This document shows positions 1 to 18,559 of a stretch of 64,000 nucleotides of DNA, in pieces. Origin of the DNA: the human T2T-CHM13v2.0 reference genome, Homo sapiens; the NCBI RefSeq assembly GCF_009914755.1, contig NC_060925.1; one strand, given 5' to 3'. The position numbers were made by a program, and so were the translations under genes. A model generated the notes under the pieces. It searched no databases and was not told the origin of the DNA. It saw only the letters and a program-made list of their open reading frames with translations. Every line of letters starts with the position of its first letter. Position 1 is the stretch's first letter.

Positions 1-2832
<2,832 letters not shown>

Positions 2833-4709
2833 TCACTTTTATAGAGTGGAACAACTTGCTAAAATTCAAACTCAGATGTTCAGACTTTGAAGAGTAGTAA
2901 AAGTCTCAGCCATTTTTTTTTATTTTAATGCCCTCACTATACAGTGTGTTTCTCTGTACAGTTACTTGCATTTTCTCCAGTATAGAGCAAAGAGAACTTA
3001 AGTTTAGGGGTACACAAAAGTAATTATCTTTATCAGCCCGATGCTTTTTAAAAGCAGGCACTAAGATAGGCACTAGTCTTTCTTCTTTGGGTCAATACTC
3101 AGGGGAAACTGAATTCAACTTCTTTTATCCCTACTTAACGTCATGATTGGTATTTGCCTCTTATGTTCATATTTCTTATAAAACTACCCTGGCTCTTTGA
3201 AGACAAATTAAAAAGCATCAGTAGCCTAAAAATAGACAAGGAAAGGTAGCTTTTTCAGTAGGAAGTAGAACCCTGACTTTGGTCATCTTGAGAACTAGCT
3301 TTGCTGGTAATTTTTGGCCAGAATTTTGGCCTCTTGACCTCCCAGGTGAGGACCTCCCAGCTTTTTCTGGAGTCTGGTATCAGCCCATGACCACCACTGG
3401 ATACATGTGTGCCTTGAGCTCCCGTCACATCCCAGAGTGAGTTCCTGCCTCTGACCTTCACCAGCAGTACCTGATGCCAGACTTTGCCTCAGGAACAGGC
3501 AACTTGAAGCTCTAACTCTGTCTCCTCCCCAGCAGCCAAGTGGGGCTTGCAGCCTGGCTCTGTACACACAGCCTAAACTACAGTCAGTCTTAGTTTCTAT
3601 GTTACCACCAGAATTTAGTCATGTCCTTTGAAATCTTCCTGGTAGTTGAATTGTAAATGTTGAGAAAACTGAGCTGTTTAAATAGTGACCTGGTATAAGC
3701 TTTTATACTACTGTATTCAAAAGGAACAGATTTGGAAACATCAGTTGGCTGTCAGCAGCTTTCACTTGCTTGGACAAAAGGCTTATTCCAGAAAAGCAGG
3801 GTGAGTGACTGAGAATTAGAGCATCTATGAACACTGAGAAGGCAGAATAGGGAAGCTTCTTATTGAAAGCTGCTCATTCTCATTAAATTTTCAGATGCCA
3901 CAAAGCCAGAAAAAAATACTTATGTTTGGTGACAGAAGCAGTATTTCAAAAGAGCTGGACAGAGTGGGTGCTTTGTTGAAAGACCCGATAAAACTTTAAT
4001 AGAGATTCTTAGGGAAGTAGGGAGAAATCATTGCTTCAATTGGCCATCATCAATATAGCCAATATAATAATGGAACTGTCCAGAAAACCACTGAAGCATT
4101 AGCTGGGTAGATGGAAGTATCCACTCAAAATTAATAGGTACTAATAGTTCAGGTGTTCTCTGACACTTCTGATTCTGTCAGTTCTGGACATCATCTATGT
4201 GAATTGACAAGAGGGCGACCAGCATGAGAGATGTGGAACTGTGATTTATAGGAGAAAAAGCAGAAGAAATTTGGGATGTACATCTTCCAGAAATTTTTTT
4301 TTGAAATCATCTGAAGTAGGGATGTAACTACTTGAGAAATAGAGTATCTAAAAGTGTGGGACCATAGGCCCAGGTCTTCTTCTGTAAAGTTCCTGTTCCA
4401 CTTCCAGACTTACTGGCACACTGTGCTCTTCCTCACTGTAGGTCCTGGGAGCCCAGAAAGCTGCTGCTGCCACCCACTCTAGTTCTGGACTCATTCTTCA
4501 ATAATGGCTTCAGAGTAGGGGAGTACTTTCAATTCCCACCCTACTTGCCTTCGAAGACACAAATGTCTAGGGATCTTTGCTATAGGGCTTTCCTACTAAT
4601 TACTGGGGAAACATTGCCAGAATATAACAAAAAATTCATGCTACAAAGTTCAGAAGTTTTATTATAAAATGTATAAACAGCCTATACAGGCCTGATGATA
4701 GTGATAATA

Positions 4710-5024
4710 CGGTCATGCCAATAGTTGACCACATATACAACTGTGCTCCCATAAGATTATAATACTGTATTTTTACTGTACCTTTTCTATGTTTAGATAC
4801 ACAAATAGATGCCATTGTGTTACAATTGCTTACAGTATTCAGTAAATCACATGTCTTATAGTTTTGTAGCCTAAAAACAATAGGCTATATCATATAACGT
4901 AGGTGTGTAATAGATTACACCATCTAGGTTTGTGTACATACATCTGTAATGGTCACACGGTGATGAAATTACCTAATGATATATTTATCAGAATTCATCC
5001 CAGTCATTAAGTGACGCATGACTG
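4710..5024. mobile_element. Tigger3-family (MER7-like) non-autonomous DNA transposon
   Basis: termini cggtcatg...catgactg flanked by TA on both sides; internal sequence matches recalled Tigger3a. Confidence 0.85.
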
Positions 5025-5054
5025 TAATCACATCTGCCATTCAGTAATCGTACC

Positions 5055-5440
5055 ACTCTTCTTGTTCACTAGGCTTCAGCCACACTGGCCCTTCTCCTGT
5101 GCCTCCAATAAGCTGGGCTTTTCCCTGTCTCAGGGCTTTCTTATTTGTTGTTACCTCTACCTGAAATATTCTTTCCCCACTCTTCATAAGGCTGACTACT
5201 TCACATCCTCTAGGTCCATACTCTTAAACATCAGTGAGCATTCAAATTATCTGGGAATTTTGTTTAAAAGGCCGGTTCTGATCCAGTAGGTCTGGGACCT
5301 GAAGGGCCTGGGTTCTGCCCTTGTCACAAGCTCCTAGGTGATGTTAACAATGCTGCAGATTCACGGGAAACATTGTGAATAACAAGGCTATAGATTTAGA
5401 TTTAAATATATCTTCCACAGTGAGGCCTTCCCTAAATGAC
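5055..5440 (+). mobile_element. L2 fragment interrupted by a MER5 (hAT-Charlie) insertion at about 5216-5387
   Basis: L2 motifs (cttcagccacactggcc; gaggccttccct) on both sides of MER5 motifs (cagtaggtctggg, ctcctaggtgatg); degenerate 8-bp TSD ctctaggt/ctatagat. Confidence 0.7.
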
Positions 5441-7104
5441 TTTCCACCAATATAATCACCAGCAAATTTCCTGTCCCTGTTCCGACTGTTTCTTTCATGA
5501 TACTTTTCGCAACCTATAATTTTTATTTTGTCATCTCATTATTTTATTCTGTCTCATAATGTATATACCTCACCTCAATTAAGATCATTTTTGTTTCCCA
5601 GCTCCAGAATTGTATAGTTTCTGAAAATTATCAACACTAGATCCTAACCTACTTTTGTTTTTGATTCCATTATAGTTGTTGTATAGTAATCAGAACAACT
5701 ATATAGAAATCGAAATCAGTGTTCTTTAGTAAGAGGATGAGAATATCAAACATTAATGATGTTTGTAATGAGTATGGCTTCATATTTAGAACTGTCATGC
5801 ACCTACTCTCCTACTGAATGCCTTGATTCAGAGTTAAAATACAAAATAAGAAATAGAGAAATAAAAAAAAGAAATAGAGAAATTATGCAAGTGAATATGG
5901 ATGCTAGGTTATTCACATACTTCGTTTTATTCTCATTTTAGTTTTAATGGATAATTATCTTAAAAGTATTAAAAAGTTTTATCAAAAATAAAAGTTTCAT
6001 AAATGGCCAAACGATTTATGTTTTTAATGAAACATTCTATCTGTAACTTGGGGCAATGAAAGCCTGGAAATGTAAAGACCAGACGCAGTGACCGAAAATA
6101 TTCTTATTCTGCACACGGAATATTTCAGTATTTCAGACTTATCTTAAAAACTCCTGGAAGAATTCATTTTTCACAGTTAAAATGGATTCCATGACATTTG
6201 TGCCAAATGACTTGTAAAATTAGTTATTTTGTTGTTGCTGAACCTTACTATGTGCCTGGGAGTTTCAGCAGCTCTAAGAGTTGAATATCAAATAATAATG
6301 AGCGCCTTTTTTTGTACTCACAGTGTTCCAGACCTCATGTTTGGTGCTTTCTTTACAGGTATTATCTTATTTACTTAAAGGCCTCATTAGCATTATTTGA
6401 TATGTATTATGTCCTTATCAACAGATACAGAAACAGAGGCAGAGAGAAGTCACCAGACTTCAATGCCAAGCTGTTAACTGAACTATATGTGATGCGTCTT
6501 TATATATATATGTGATAGTTGTAAATATGTTATTTTGTAAATAACTTCATATTTGGTCATTCAGTGGGTCCCATAAGTCTAGCTGCGAAGGAGATACCAC
6601 AGACTGAGCCTTATGTTCTTAGCTTTGTAGTCTTGGGTAAAAGCAATGAAAACTTAGAAATCTGAAAGGTTGTTTTTAAAAGCTATTCCTTCATAGAGTG
6701 TGGTCAAACAGAAAGACTGCTGGACTAGGAATCAGAAAATCTAAGTGTCTATGCAAAGCTAGATAAATCCCTTCTTCTCTATGGGCATCAGAATCCTGAA
6801 GGGTAATACATGTGGCTTTGAGATGTGAAGTGACTTGCCAAAGGTCATTAATAGCTATGACATAAAAGCAAGCTTCATGGACAAATAATTTTGGAGGACT
6901 CTGTATACAAGTTAAAGAAACACTGCTAACTTATCATTTCTTTTTCCAGATGTAATATCAGTCTCATGTTTATCTTTTGTATCATCATTTAACTTGTTGC
7001 TTATTTTGCCATGTCTTCTCAACTAGAATATAGGCTCCTTGAGGGCTGGATCATGTCTTGAACATTTCTCATTTCCTTCATTGTGCCAAGAGAGTATGGC
7101 CCAG

Positions 7105-7280
7105 AGGATTGTTTGCAAGCCTTGGAACTAGACTTTGGTTTTGATCCTGGCTCCTCCACCCATTCACTAACTGACCATGGGCAAGTCATTTCATGTCTCA
7201 GAGCCACATTTTTCTCATCTGTAAAATGGAAATAATAATAATTGTCAGAAATTGTTGTGGCACTTAGAACTAGATAGGCT
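7105..7280 (+). mobile_element. MIR SINE
   Basis: core tgaccatgggcaagtcatt...ctcatctgtaaaatggaaataataat. Confidence 0.8.
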
Positions 7281-7450
7281 TCAATAAATTATTACAGTCA
7301 TTATTTTATTAATAGTAAAATCCAAAAAGACATTTATTTACTGATCATTGCTTATGTTCATCTATATGAGGTTTGGTGATATAACATGAATGAAATATCT
7401 GGTTCTAAAAAAGAAAAATATAAGTATTTGCAAATGTAGTAATAGTACAA

Positions 7451-7843
7451 TGTCTTAGTCTGCTCCGGCTAACATAACAAAATATCATGGATGGGGTGGC
7501 ATAAACAATAGATGTTTACTTCTCACAGTTGTGGAAGCTGGGGAGTCCAAGTTCAAGGCACCAGCAAGGTAGGTTTTATTCTGAGCCCTCTTCTCTTGGC
7601 TTGTAGGCGACCACCATGTTGCTGTGAGTTTACATGACCTCTTTGCATGGGTTGGTTGTCGGAGGGAAGAACAAGCCCTGGTTTCTCTTCTTGTAAAGGC
7701 ATTAATCCCATCATGAGGGCCCCACCCTTATGACTTTATCCAACTCTAAATTACCTCCCTAAGGCCCCATCTCCAAATACCATCACATTGGGGATTAACA
7801 CTTCAACATATGAATTTTGGAGGGAAACATTCAGTCCATAACA
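7451..7843 (-). mobile_element. MLT1A/MLT1A0 (ERVL-MaLR) solo LTR
   Basis: tgtcttagtc...cattcagtccataaca termini and MLT1A internal motifs. Confidence 0.85.
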
Positions 7844-9199
7844 TATATCTTTTAAACTTACAACATCTACTCTTAGGAGATGAGGGGTTTGAAATTGTTT
7901 CCATGCTTTGTGACAGAGTCCTGAAGAATAAACTGTTTTGAATCATAGCAGTTGGTTTTCAAGTCAAAGAACTTAGAGCAATTTAAAAAAGAAAAGAAAA
8001 CAAATAATGCATTTGCCAGAGTAATAAAGGCATCTTCACATCGGCACACACAAAGTTATTGAGAAAAGTACAAAGAAATGATCAAATGGAATTTCACTGA
8101 TGATTGTATAAGATTTCAGTTAAAGCACAAAACCACTAATGATATCCATTTAAGAGTCATCCTCCTTCACTGCCTACTTCCTCCTCCACTTCCTTCCCCA
8201 GCATTTCAGAATTGTGACTGTTTATGTCCTGTGGGCAAATATTAATTGCAGTACTTACTCCTGCATGCATGAAATGTTTCCATATTTTTCATTAGTTAAG
8301 AAATCTTTCAGTCTCCCAACTTGGAACATATAGTATCTTTAAAAAAAAAAATAGTCTTTGCTAATGAATGAAGCTATTCTCTACTCATCAGTTGCAGATC
8401 TGTTCACTAAAAAATACTTTAAACAATATTTCACATTTGGATGATATTTTTCTCCAATAATCTAACGTAATTTTTTTGCAAATTCTATTTTCAAGCAGTC
8501 TAATCAACTTTCTAAATAGTGAAAAGGAAAGCAACGGTTTCTAGTTGTTTTAGATAGATGGGAAAATTGGGTTCAAATGAAAAGTTTATTATCTCTATGA
8601 TAATGATAGCTGCTTAAAATCACTCAACATTTCAGAGGTAAAATCTAGATGATTTTGTTTCTAATGAATGCGTTTTCGTCATACTTTCACTGAATTCAGC
8701 ATAGGCCGTGAGATTTGGTACTAAAATGGGGTGTGTTTTACTTGGAAAACAGTATAGAAAAGAATTAGTCTGACTAAAGTTTGCAAATTTCCTACCATTA
8801 TTTAGAAGCAGCCCAAGCAACTTATGTAATGTTAAAAAGAAAATTAAGAATGGAACCTAAAACTTGATTCCTAGCCTAAATTAAGTGAAATTGATTGTAG
8901 AATCTCTGAAAATGAGTATAGCAGCAAAAGTTACTTAACATTTGCTATGTGCCCATTCTAAGTGTTTTACATGTACTAATTCCTTTGTGTGTGTTTAGGC
9001 CTTATGACACGTGGTTAAGTACTGCTGTCACCCACTTTTGCTCAGTGATGAAACTGAGGTACACAGTAATTAAGTAACTAGTAATTATTAGGGTCTAGAC
9101 TCCAATCCCAGCTGCCTAGCTGCAGTTGGGTGTCTACTTTCGGTTATACTGGCATTTTTAGACAGTGAATAGTTAAGCAGCTCACCTTTGCCAAACAAA

Positions 9200-9330
9200 T
9201 CTCTCTCTCTCTCTCTCCCCCCGGCTCTCTCTCCCTCTCTTTCTCTGTCTCTCTCCCTCTTCCTCCTTCCCTTCCTCCCTGCCTCTACCACCCTGCCTGT
9301 CTCTCTCTCCTATATTCCTCTCTACTTCTC
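9200..9330. repeat. (CT)n/pyrimidine-rich simple repeat
   Basis: direct inspection. Confidence 0.9.
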
Positions 9331-10224
9331 TACTAAATCTTTGTTAATACAATAATAGTTTTTCAGAGTCATCTGAAATTTACCTCTCCCACATATTACT
9401 AAACAATTTTACATTTTGTGGAATAGAAGTCAGTTTTATTTTATGAAACAACTGATCTTAACAAGGGAATATCGCAGGACAACTTTTACACGTTTCAGAA
9501 ATAGATTGTTCAAGATTCGTTTTTTTTTTTCCAGGTACTCTACCTCGTAACAGACCACTTTAATGGGATGTGATATCTATTCCATTTAGCATTCAGGGGT
9601 TTTGCATATATTTACTCTTCATTGAAACTCTATATGTTAGATGTTATCAACCAATTTTATCGGTGAGAAAACAGGGGTTAATAGTAGATAAAGGTCACTC
9701 AGCTATTAAGTATCTACACTAGAATTGGAGCCCACGCCTGTCTGAATATTTTCCACTGAATTACATTACTTCTGTTAAGAATTAAAAGTGAATTAAGAAG
9801 GTGAAGCCCAAAGCCAATTATTTTTATATTTATTATCATCTACATTGATCATAGATTAATTATATCTAATGGTCACCAATGATGTTAAAGTGAAATTATA
9901 AATTATCTATGTAGTATATTCACAATCTTTCTTCCCTATTAGCTAGGTAATTGAGGGTTAATGATACAGTAATATTTTCCTATCCAAGAGCAACTCATGA
10001 ACATGAAACTAAAGTAGAGAAAACTGTACAGAATATTTTTAGAAACTGAAGTCAAAACAGCTGATTTCAAACATTATTACTCCCAGTAGCATCATTCATT
10101 CTGAAGCATACATGACCTAAACACAACTATTGTAATATTTATATGTAGTTTAGCATTTATTGATATGTCTATTTTATGTGTTTAAATGATACTCTTGATA
10201 GATTTGGAAAGGTTTTATTTAAAT

Positions 10225-10388
10225 CCTTGCAACTTATTGTGTGGCCCCTGCACTGGCAGCATCTCATCATCTAGGAGCTGGTTATACATGCAGGACCTGG
10301 GCCTCTCCCCAAACCACTGAATCATAATCTGCATTTTATTAAGTTCTCCTTGTGACTGGCATGCACACTGAAGTTTGGGAAACACTGC
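10225..10388. mobile_element. MER5A (hAT-Charlie)
   Basis: ctgaatcataatctgcatttt...gaagtttgggaaacactg. Confidence 0.8.
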
Positions 10389-10725
10389 TTTAAAGTACTT
10401 CACACATTCTTTGCAACTTATTTTTACTTTCCACAATTATAAAAATAAAGCATCTGAAAAAATAAAGGTAACCTTTGGTCTTTTTTTTTTCACTTCATTA
10501 CAAATGTCAGTGGCAATCTGATTAAATATGATAACTGTTTTAATACCGGATTTTGTATTAAAACAACTTAAATGATTTTTAACAAAATAGCCACCAACAA
10601 GGTCAGCTGGAATTGTAGGTTATGAGTTTGAATCTCTGGAATTTTAGAGATCATTGAGGAATATGTGTTTTGCATCTGGAAGATCTTTGTTGCAACCCAA
10701 AGATGTAAAATACTTTCAGGCTCTA

Positions 10726-11839
<1,114 letters not shown>

Positions 11840-12471
11840 GGGATCGTAAAAATGACCTTGCAATCTGAAACTGTGCAAAACAGTCTTAATAATCAATGGG
11901 AAACATTATGATTGTTCTTAGAAAAGGTCTTTAAAACCTTTTGTCCAAGCATTAAATACTGTTAATGTAGGTTACAAATGCATAGGAAAAATGAAAAAAA
12001 TAGTAAAACTAATAGTTATTTTTGTATAATGTAATATTAAACATTAGAAACACTGAGAATTAAGGCTTATTTTAATTTAAAAAACATATCAGGGTTAGTT
12101 TGAACAATGCTTGCCGTCTTTTCATGATACGTTGTTAAACAGTGTGAACATCTTTTCTTTGCATTAATGAATTGTCATGTTCCTTTTAAGTTTAGATCCA
12201 CTTCCAAAATTTTATCTTTTGTGCTTTCAGTGTCATGAGATATCTCTGAAAGTTCCTTTAATGTGAGGTTTATTGCCAGCAACTTCCTCTGGGACATCTT
12301 CATTCTTTTCATCACACTTTCCTCATTTATGTATATAAGTTTGCCTTCACTAGGTCCTCTAGAAGCTTATCTAGAGTCTTCCTAGTAGTAGCAGTGTCAG
12401 CATTCCCATGGGCAACTATTTCTTGTATGATTTCATTTACGTTAGATTCAAATTTATTTGTACAATGTGCT

Positions 12472-12905
12472 TGTATTAGTCAGGGTTCTCTTAGGGGAAT
12501 AGAACTAATCAGAGATATATATATATATGAGCTTATTAAGTATTAACTTACACGATGACAAGGTCCCACAATAGGCTGTCAGCAAGCTGAGGAGCAAGGA
12601 AGCCACTCCTAGTCCCAAAACTGAAGAACTTGGAGTCCAATGTTTGAGGGCAGGAAGCATCCAGCACAGGAGAAAGATGTAGGCTGGGGGGCTAGGCCCA
12701 TCTCGCCTTTTCACATTTTTCTGCCTGCTTTACATTCACTGGAAGCTGATTAGATTGTTCCCACCAGATTAAGGGTGGATCTGCCTGCTCCAGCCCACTG
12801 ACTCAAATGTTAATCTCTTTTGGCAACACCTACACAGACACACCCAGAATTAATACTTTGTATCCCTCAATCCAATCAAGTTCACATTCAGTATTAACCA
12901 TCACA
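12472..12905 (-). mobile_element. MLT2A1 (HERV-L) solo LTR
   Basis: tgtattagtcagggttctc...attaaccatcaca with internal (TA)n; perfect 5-bp TSD gtgct. Confidence 0.9.
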
Positions 12906-14776
12906 GTGCTAAAAGTTTATTCTATGCTCTATGCATATTACTTATTGTCACTTTCTGCCATGATGCTTGAATGTTTTAAATTGTATGTTTCATGTCATAT
13001 TTCATCTAGAACACAGGTAAAGAAACTGCATGATCACCAGTTGTAGCATGAATACCCTATTCAAAAGTCTGTTTAAGATAATACACTTTAAAAGTTGAAA
13101 TAACTCCTTGGTCTATAGGCTGGATTAATGACGTTTTCCTTGGTGGTATAAAGCAAATTTTCACATTTTAATTTCAATCTCCAAGAGAATTAGGGTGACC
13201 AAGAGCATTATCCAATAGTTGTAGTGCTTTAATGGTTAAATTATTTGGTCTATAGTATCTGTCTACTGCTGAGAGACAGGAAGGCAACACATGTTTTGCT
13301 GTCTGTGTGTGAGCCAAATAACAGAAGGGCAATGACCAATCATTGACAGACTTTGAAGGAAGTGACGTGACCGGTCACTGATCACAATGTACATCTGTTA
13401 TTCACATTGTAATATGTGGACTGAAGAAACTGAGATGCAGTTACTCATCTGAATACCAAGGTAACTGAAATTTGAGCCAGTTTGTTGGGAGACTGGTGTT
13501 GTTGAATGAAACATGACAACTGAAATGTTCACACATTGGAATTGTGCAAGGTGACAACCACCTTACCAAGACCAAGACTAACTTCAATACATGTTTTTAT
13601 TATAAAAAAAGAAAAAAGAGAGAAACCTTAATTATATTATTTTCATTAAATACCTTCTTTAACTTCTGCCCCTGAACATAAATCTGTAATTTTTATTTTA
13701 AAAAATTCCTAGTATTTATGACTCCTTGCTGAGTACACGACCCCAAACTATTGATAGAGACCTCTTTTATGCAATTCTAAAAAATTTATTGAGTGCATTA
13801 TATATGTAAGACCCAGTGCTAGACTTTCTTTTTTTTCTTTCTTTCTTTCTTTTTTTTTTTTTTTGAGAAACAAACTCTGTTACTAGATCCCTCACATATA
13901 TGGATTCCTGCCCCCACAAACACACATACACAGAGTAACACAGTTATGTACACTTGGCATCCCAGCAACATAACCATCCCTGCAAATGAGGGGCCTCAAA
14001 GGATGTTGAAACAAATTTAACCGGTTTACTGATAATAAGAGGAAAAATGTACTGAACATGTATTTTATGACAGGTACTGTGCTAAGTTCTTAATAACATT
14101 TCATTTTAGAGCCACTGCATGAGGCAGGCATTATTAGTATCCTCATTGTAAATATAAAGAATCTCCAGCTTAGAGAGAATTTCTATGATTTGTCAATATA
14201 AAAGGAAAAATGTTTACTTAAGCAATACTTTCCTAAGAGCTGTTACTCAAAATTGAATGCTGTGTTTCACCACAACTCATTCTAATCAGCTGAATCTGTT
14301 AAGGTGATGAAGTTTGAATGACCTTGGTCAGAGTCAGACTGATCCTAATTGCATTAGATTTTTTCATGACCCATGGACAGTGGTACTTGATTTGCTTAGC
14401 TGCACACAGACTTGTGCACTCATCCCACCCTCTCTATAATGCAAATTTTCAACCCTTAGTGAGTATAATCATCATGACCCACTATCACCAGCCCCTCAGT
14501 CACTGATTTTTCCCCTCAGAGTGCTACTCAGTGAATTTCTTCCCTGATGTATTCCCTTGCATATCAGATAAATAAAATCTGCTTTGTTTTTTGAGCTGTG
14601 GTGGTCTGTATTTAATTTATTGATACCCAAGATAATACAGTTAGTAAGTTACAAAGCTGGGACACAAATCCATTCTGACTTCAACCCATATGCTTAATTT
14701 CTGTGTTCAATTGTTAAATAAATAATGGAAGCAAATTGCATTCAAGCTAACTAGTTTTAACATAAAAAAGGATGCT

Positions 14777-15107
<331 letters not shown>

Positions 15108-15384
15108 TCAAATTCATTTTTCCCTTTACATTGGTAGAATCTTCACCCCTGGGGGTTCCTTCCTATTATAATAATAGCAATATAATAGGAATAGTAAGAA
15201 CAGTTTAATAATAATTTCAACAATACCAACGCCAACTGCAATGTATCTGGTGCTTACTCTGTGCCAGGCCCTTTTTTCCCAGCTATCTCAAACCAGGCAT
15301 TGAAGTGTCTTGTTGCCTTGTGATAATTTCAATGTACATCTATACAATTCCTTTCTGTAGATCTGAAGTAAAGCCGGCTAAGTA

Positions 15385-15650
15385 TGGACTGGTAGGGATT
15401 GTGACAAACTGGAGGCACACTGAAGAATTATGCCCATTTGAAGGCAGCAGCTATTAATCCATTTCCATTACTTGTCATGGAAGAATACAGACCCCGTATT
15501 GACAGAGCTTTCTCTGTTTCAAGAGGCATCAAAACTCTGGATCATTATATAAAATTTTAAATACTTATATAATTTAACACTTTCTAAAATACCACTATAT
15601 AAATCAAACAAAACACATCTGCAGGCTGAAATGAGCCCTGTCCATAGCAC
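15385..15650 (-). mobile_element. MER102-like hAT-Charlie element
   Basis: gtgacaaactgga, ggcagcagcta and caaacaaaacacatctgcaggctg motifs. Confidence 0.65.
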
Positions 15651-16288
15651 CTGCTAAGAGGCAGGATAATACAGTGACTCTCTACTGTCTGCATTTAATT
15701 CCCAGAGTTGTTATTTTGTGTGGCCTTGAAGAAGTTAGCCCCTTTAAGCCTCAATTTTCTTATCTGTAAAATGGGCTTTAAAATATTACATATCTTAAAT
15801 AGTTTTTATGAGGAAGAGAATTGGTGGGTTTTTTTTCTTTAATCTCTAAAATGCTTAGTAAAATACCTAACATTTTATCAATGTTTTGTTTTTATTGTTT
15901 CTCCCAACTCAATCATCCCCTGGACCTGCCCTCTCCACCCTTCTCCTTACCCCATGACAGTTATAGTCACTCATTCCAAGGATACACATTCTGAACATCT
16001 GGCTACAAAGAACACCTAAGTTGTAAACAAATGAAAAATTATTTTGTCGTTTTCAATGGCTGTTAAATAACAGGTAAATTTAGAAAGGGAAAAAGTAAAC
16101 TATATTTATTTTACCAAGTTAAACCATTTATTTGATAGTATTAAATCATTTGAACTGGTAAATTATATAATATTATGTTGTTACCGCATGAATAACTTTT
16201 GTTTTGGTGAATTTTGGATATGTGGCTTTTTCAAAACATTTTGCTATCTAACTTTTAAAATGTCTAACTAATGTATTTAACTTTTCAG

Positions 16289-16418
16289 TTTATCTTTATT
16301 AGAAGAATTTGACTGTAGCTGTAATGAACTGGAGTCACTACCTTCTACTATTGGCTACCTTCATAGTCTTCGGACATTAGCAGTTGATGAGAATTTCCTT
16401 CCAGAATTACCCAGAGAA
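16289..16418 (+). CDS. LRRC7: LRRC7/Densin-180 internal exon (LRR; [43 protein letters not shown]), 130 nt, phase 2-0
   Basis: cttttcag acceptor ends at 16288 and GAA|gtgag donor starts at 16419; the LRR consensus matches the densin sequence as I recall it. Confidence 0.96.
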
Positions 16419-17465
16419 GTGAGAAATAAACTTGTTTTCTATTTATTAACTTTTAATTAATCTGTTTTGGAGTAAAATCTTAACAGGTAGAATAGCAATG
16501 TAGATTCATGAGTTGAGCTGTGAATATATATAGGAATTATCTACATATATATTTGCTAATTATTCTATTTTAAATGACAAGTTCTTATATTTGACCCAGA
16601 AATTGCATTTGACTTAAATCTCGCATGCAAATAAAAGTAAGAAAATAAAAGTTAATTAATGCTAGGAAATATCATTTAAAGTCAGTTAATTTATATCTTT
16701 TGGTTTTCAGAATAGTTATAAATAATATTTTGGAGTAATTACATTTATATTTCTGTAGCAAACTTTTTAAATGTACATATGCTTTTTAAGGTATCATGCT
16801 GCATTATAATATTATTTTAACTTCTGGATCCACCAAGAGATTCTGTTAATTTTTACATCTAAGTGGGATTTTACTTACTAATATCAAAAAAGTATAAAGT
16901 ACATTTTTTAAATTTACTTGGTGCTCAAGTTTGCTGTATGTGAAGTACATTTTCAATTGAGCATTTTCTACTAAACATTCTTATAATGATGCAACAATAA
17001 ACAACATATAATTATCTTAGAGCCAAAACATATTATTAAAAATGACGAAAAACACTTTAATGTGAAGCAAAACTAACTTTGCCTAGGAAATGTCAACAAT
17101 ATTGTATTTTTGAGTGTGTATGATCTTCTGTTATAAACAAAGATATATTAGTACTCACTTCGACAGACAAAATTATATGATATATGAAAACAATAATGTT
17201 AGCAAGTATTTTAAGCATAAAATTATAAAGAAAATTCTTCATTTTTAATATGTAAAAGAAAATTTGGTATAAATTCCCTTAATATCTAAAATAATATATA
17301 TAATATACCTATATTTTAAAGAGCTACATTATAAAAACAAAACAATGCACATGTTAAAAGTTAAAAATAAGAAAATCTACTAAATTGTTTTAAAAATTAG
17401 AAAAATTAATATAAAAATAGTATTGTGGTCTGATTTTTTTACCTATTTTCTTTTGTTACCTACAG

Positions 17466-17581
17466 ATTGGAAGTTGTAAGAATGTAACAGTCATGTCTCT
17501 ACGCTCCAACAAATTAGAATTTCTTCCTGAAGAGATTGGACAGATGCAGAAACTAAGAGTCCTAAATTTGAGTGACAACAG
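17466..17581 (+). CDS. LRRC7: LRRC7 exon (LRR; [39 protein letters not shown]), 116 nt, phase 0-2
   Basis: polypyrimidine tract with tacag acceptor, AG|gtattt donor; overlaps ORF 17493..17702. Confidence 0.96.
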
Positions 17582-18559
17582 GTATTTTTGCAACATTTCA
17601 CAATCACATATTAGTTATTTGCTGAAAGCAAATTATAGTTTTTTTGCCTATAGTTTTGATAACATTTTCTGCGTTTCGACATATACGGAATGCAAATACT
17701 GATACTTTCCTTAAAATAGCAGAAGGTAAATTATTTTTTAAACCAAGTATTTCTGAATTTTGTTATTTGATTATATCAAAAGCATATGTAATGTATTAAA
17801 ATTATATAAACATGAATCACACAAATTTATATACAAAAGCCTTCCCATATGCAGAAAGCATAATAATATGAAGACATGGAAAACTATAATAAAAATATAG
17901 AAAATATATTAATAAAAATGTGCATATCTATGTATGTATGTATGCACACATTTGTGTTTTCACGTCTATATTTTGGTTTCCAACAAATTAACTGGGCAAT
18001 GTGTATATTTTCAATTCCATCAAAGTGCTCATAAGAATACTGACAACGAAATGGCTGTTTAGTCATGTTTAGAGCAGATGAATGAGGAAAGGATAGGTCC
18101 TTTACTTCCAATAACGGCATTATATTGATAGATGGGTAAAAAGAAAAAGTGCAAACCTCAATTCATCTTTGTTTCCACCTACTCTATAAAAGATAATTAT
18201 CCTCAAATAGGAAAGGATAAGAACAAATATTGACTAGAGATAACAGCTAAGAAAATAAAATAATCACAGAATATAATGCATGAGCTCTATGTTTTCAATA
18301 AGTTTCAACTAGGCAATTGATAATAAAAGGAACTGAGAGAACTTGCAATGAAATGATCAAAGATTAGCTTTTATGGAATCATAAGAATAATCAGATTTTA
18401 GAAGTTTCAGGATAAGCATTGGAATTCTCATTTGTTTCTTAGTTTAAGGAAAAATGTGAACTTCAAAACTTCATTTACTAGTTAATAATATTCCCACATA
18501 AGGGAATAAAACATTTTATTAAAAAGTTTGGAATGTTATTTATAGTATCAGGTGACAAG

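Noticed and set aside
3259-3445. Possible cryptic exon (tttttcag acceptor, CAG|gtgagg and AGA|gtgagt donors)
   Set aside because: Short pyrimidine tract, early stop and no supporting motif cluster; such pseudo-exons are common
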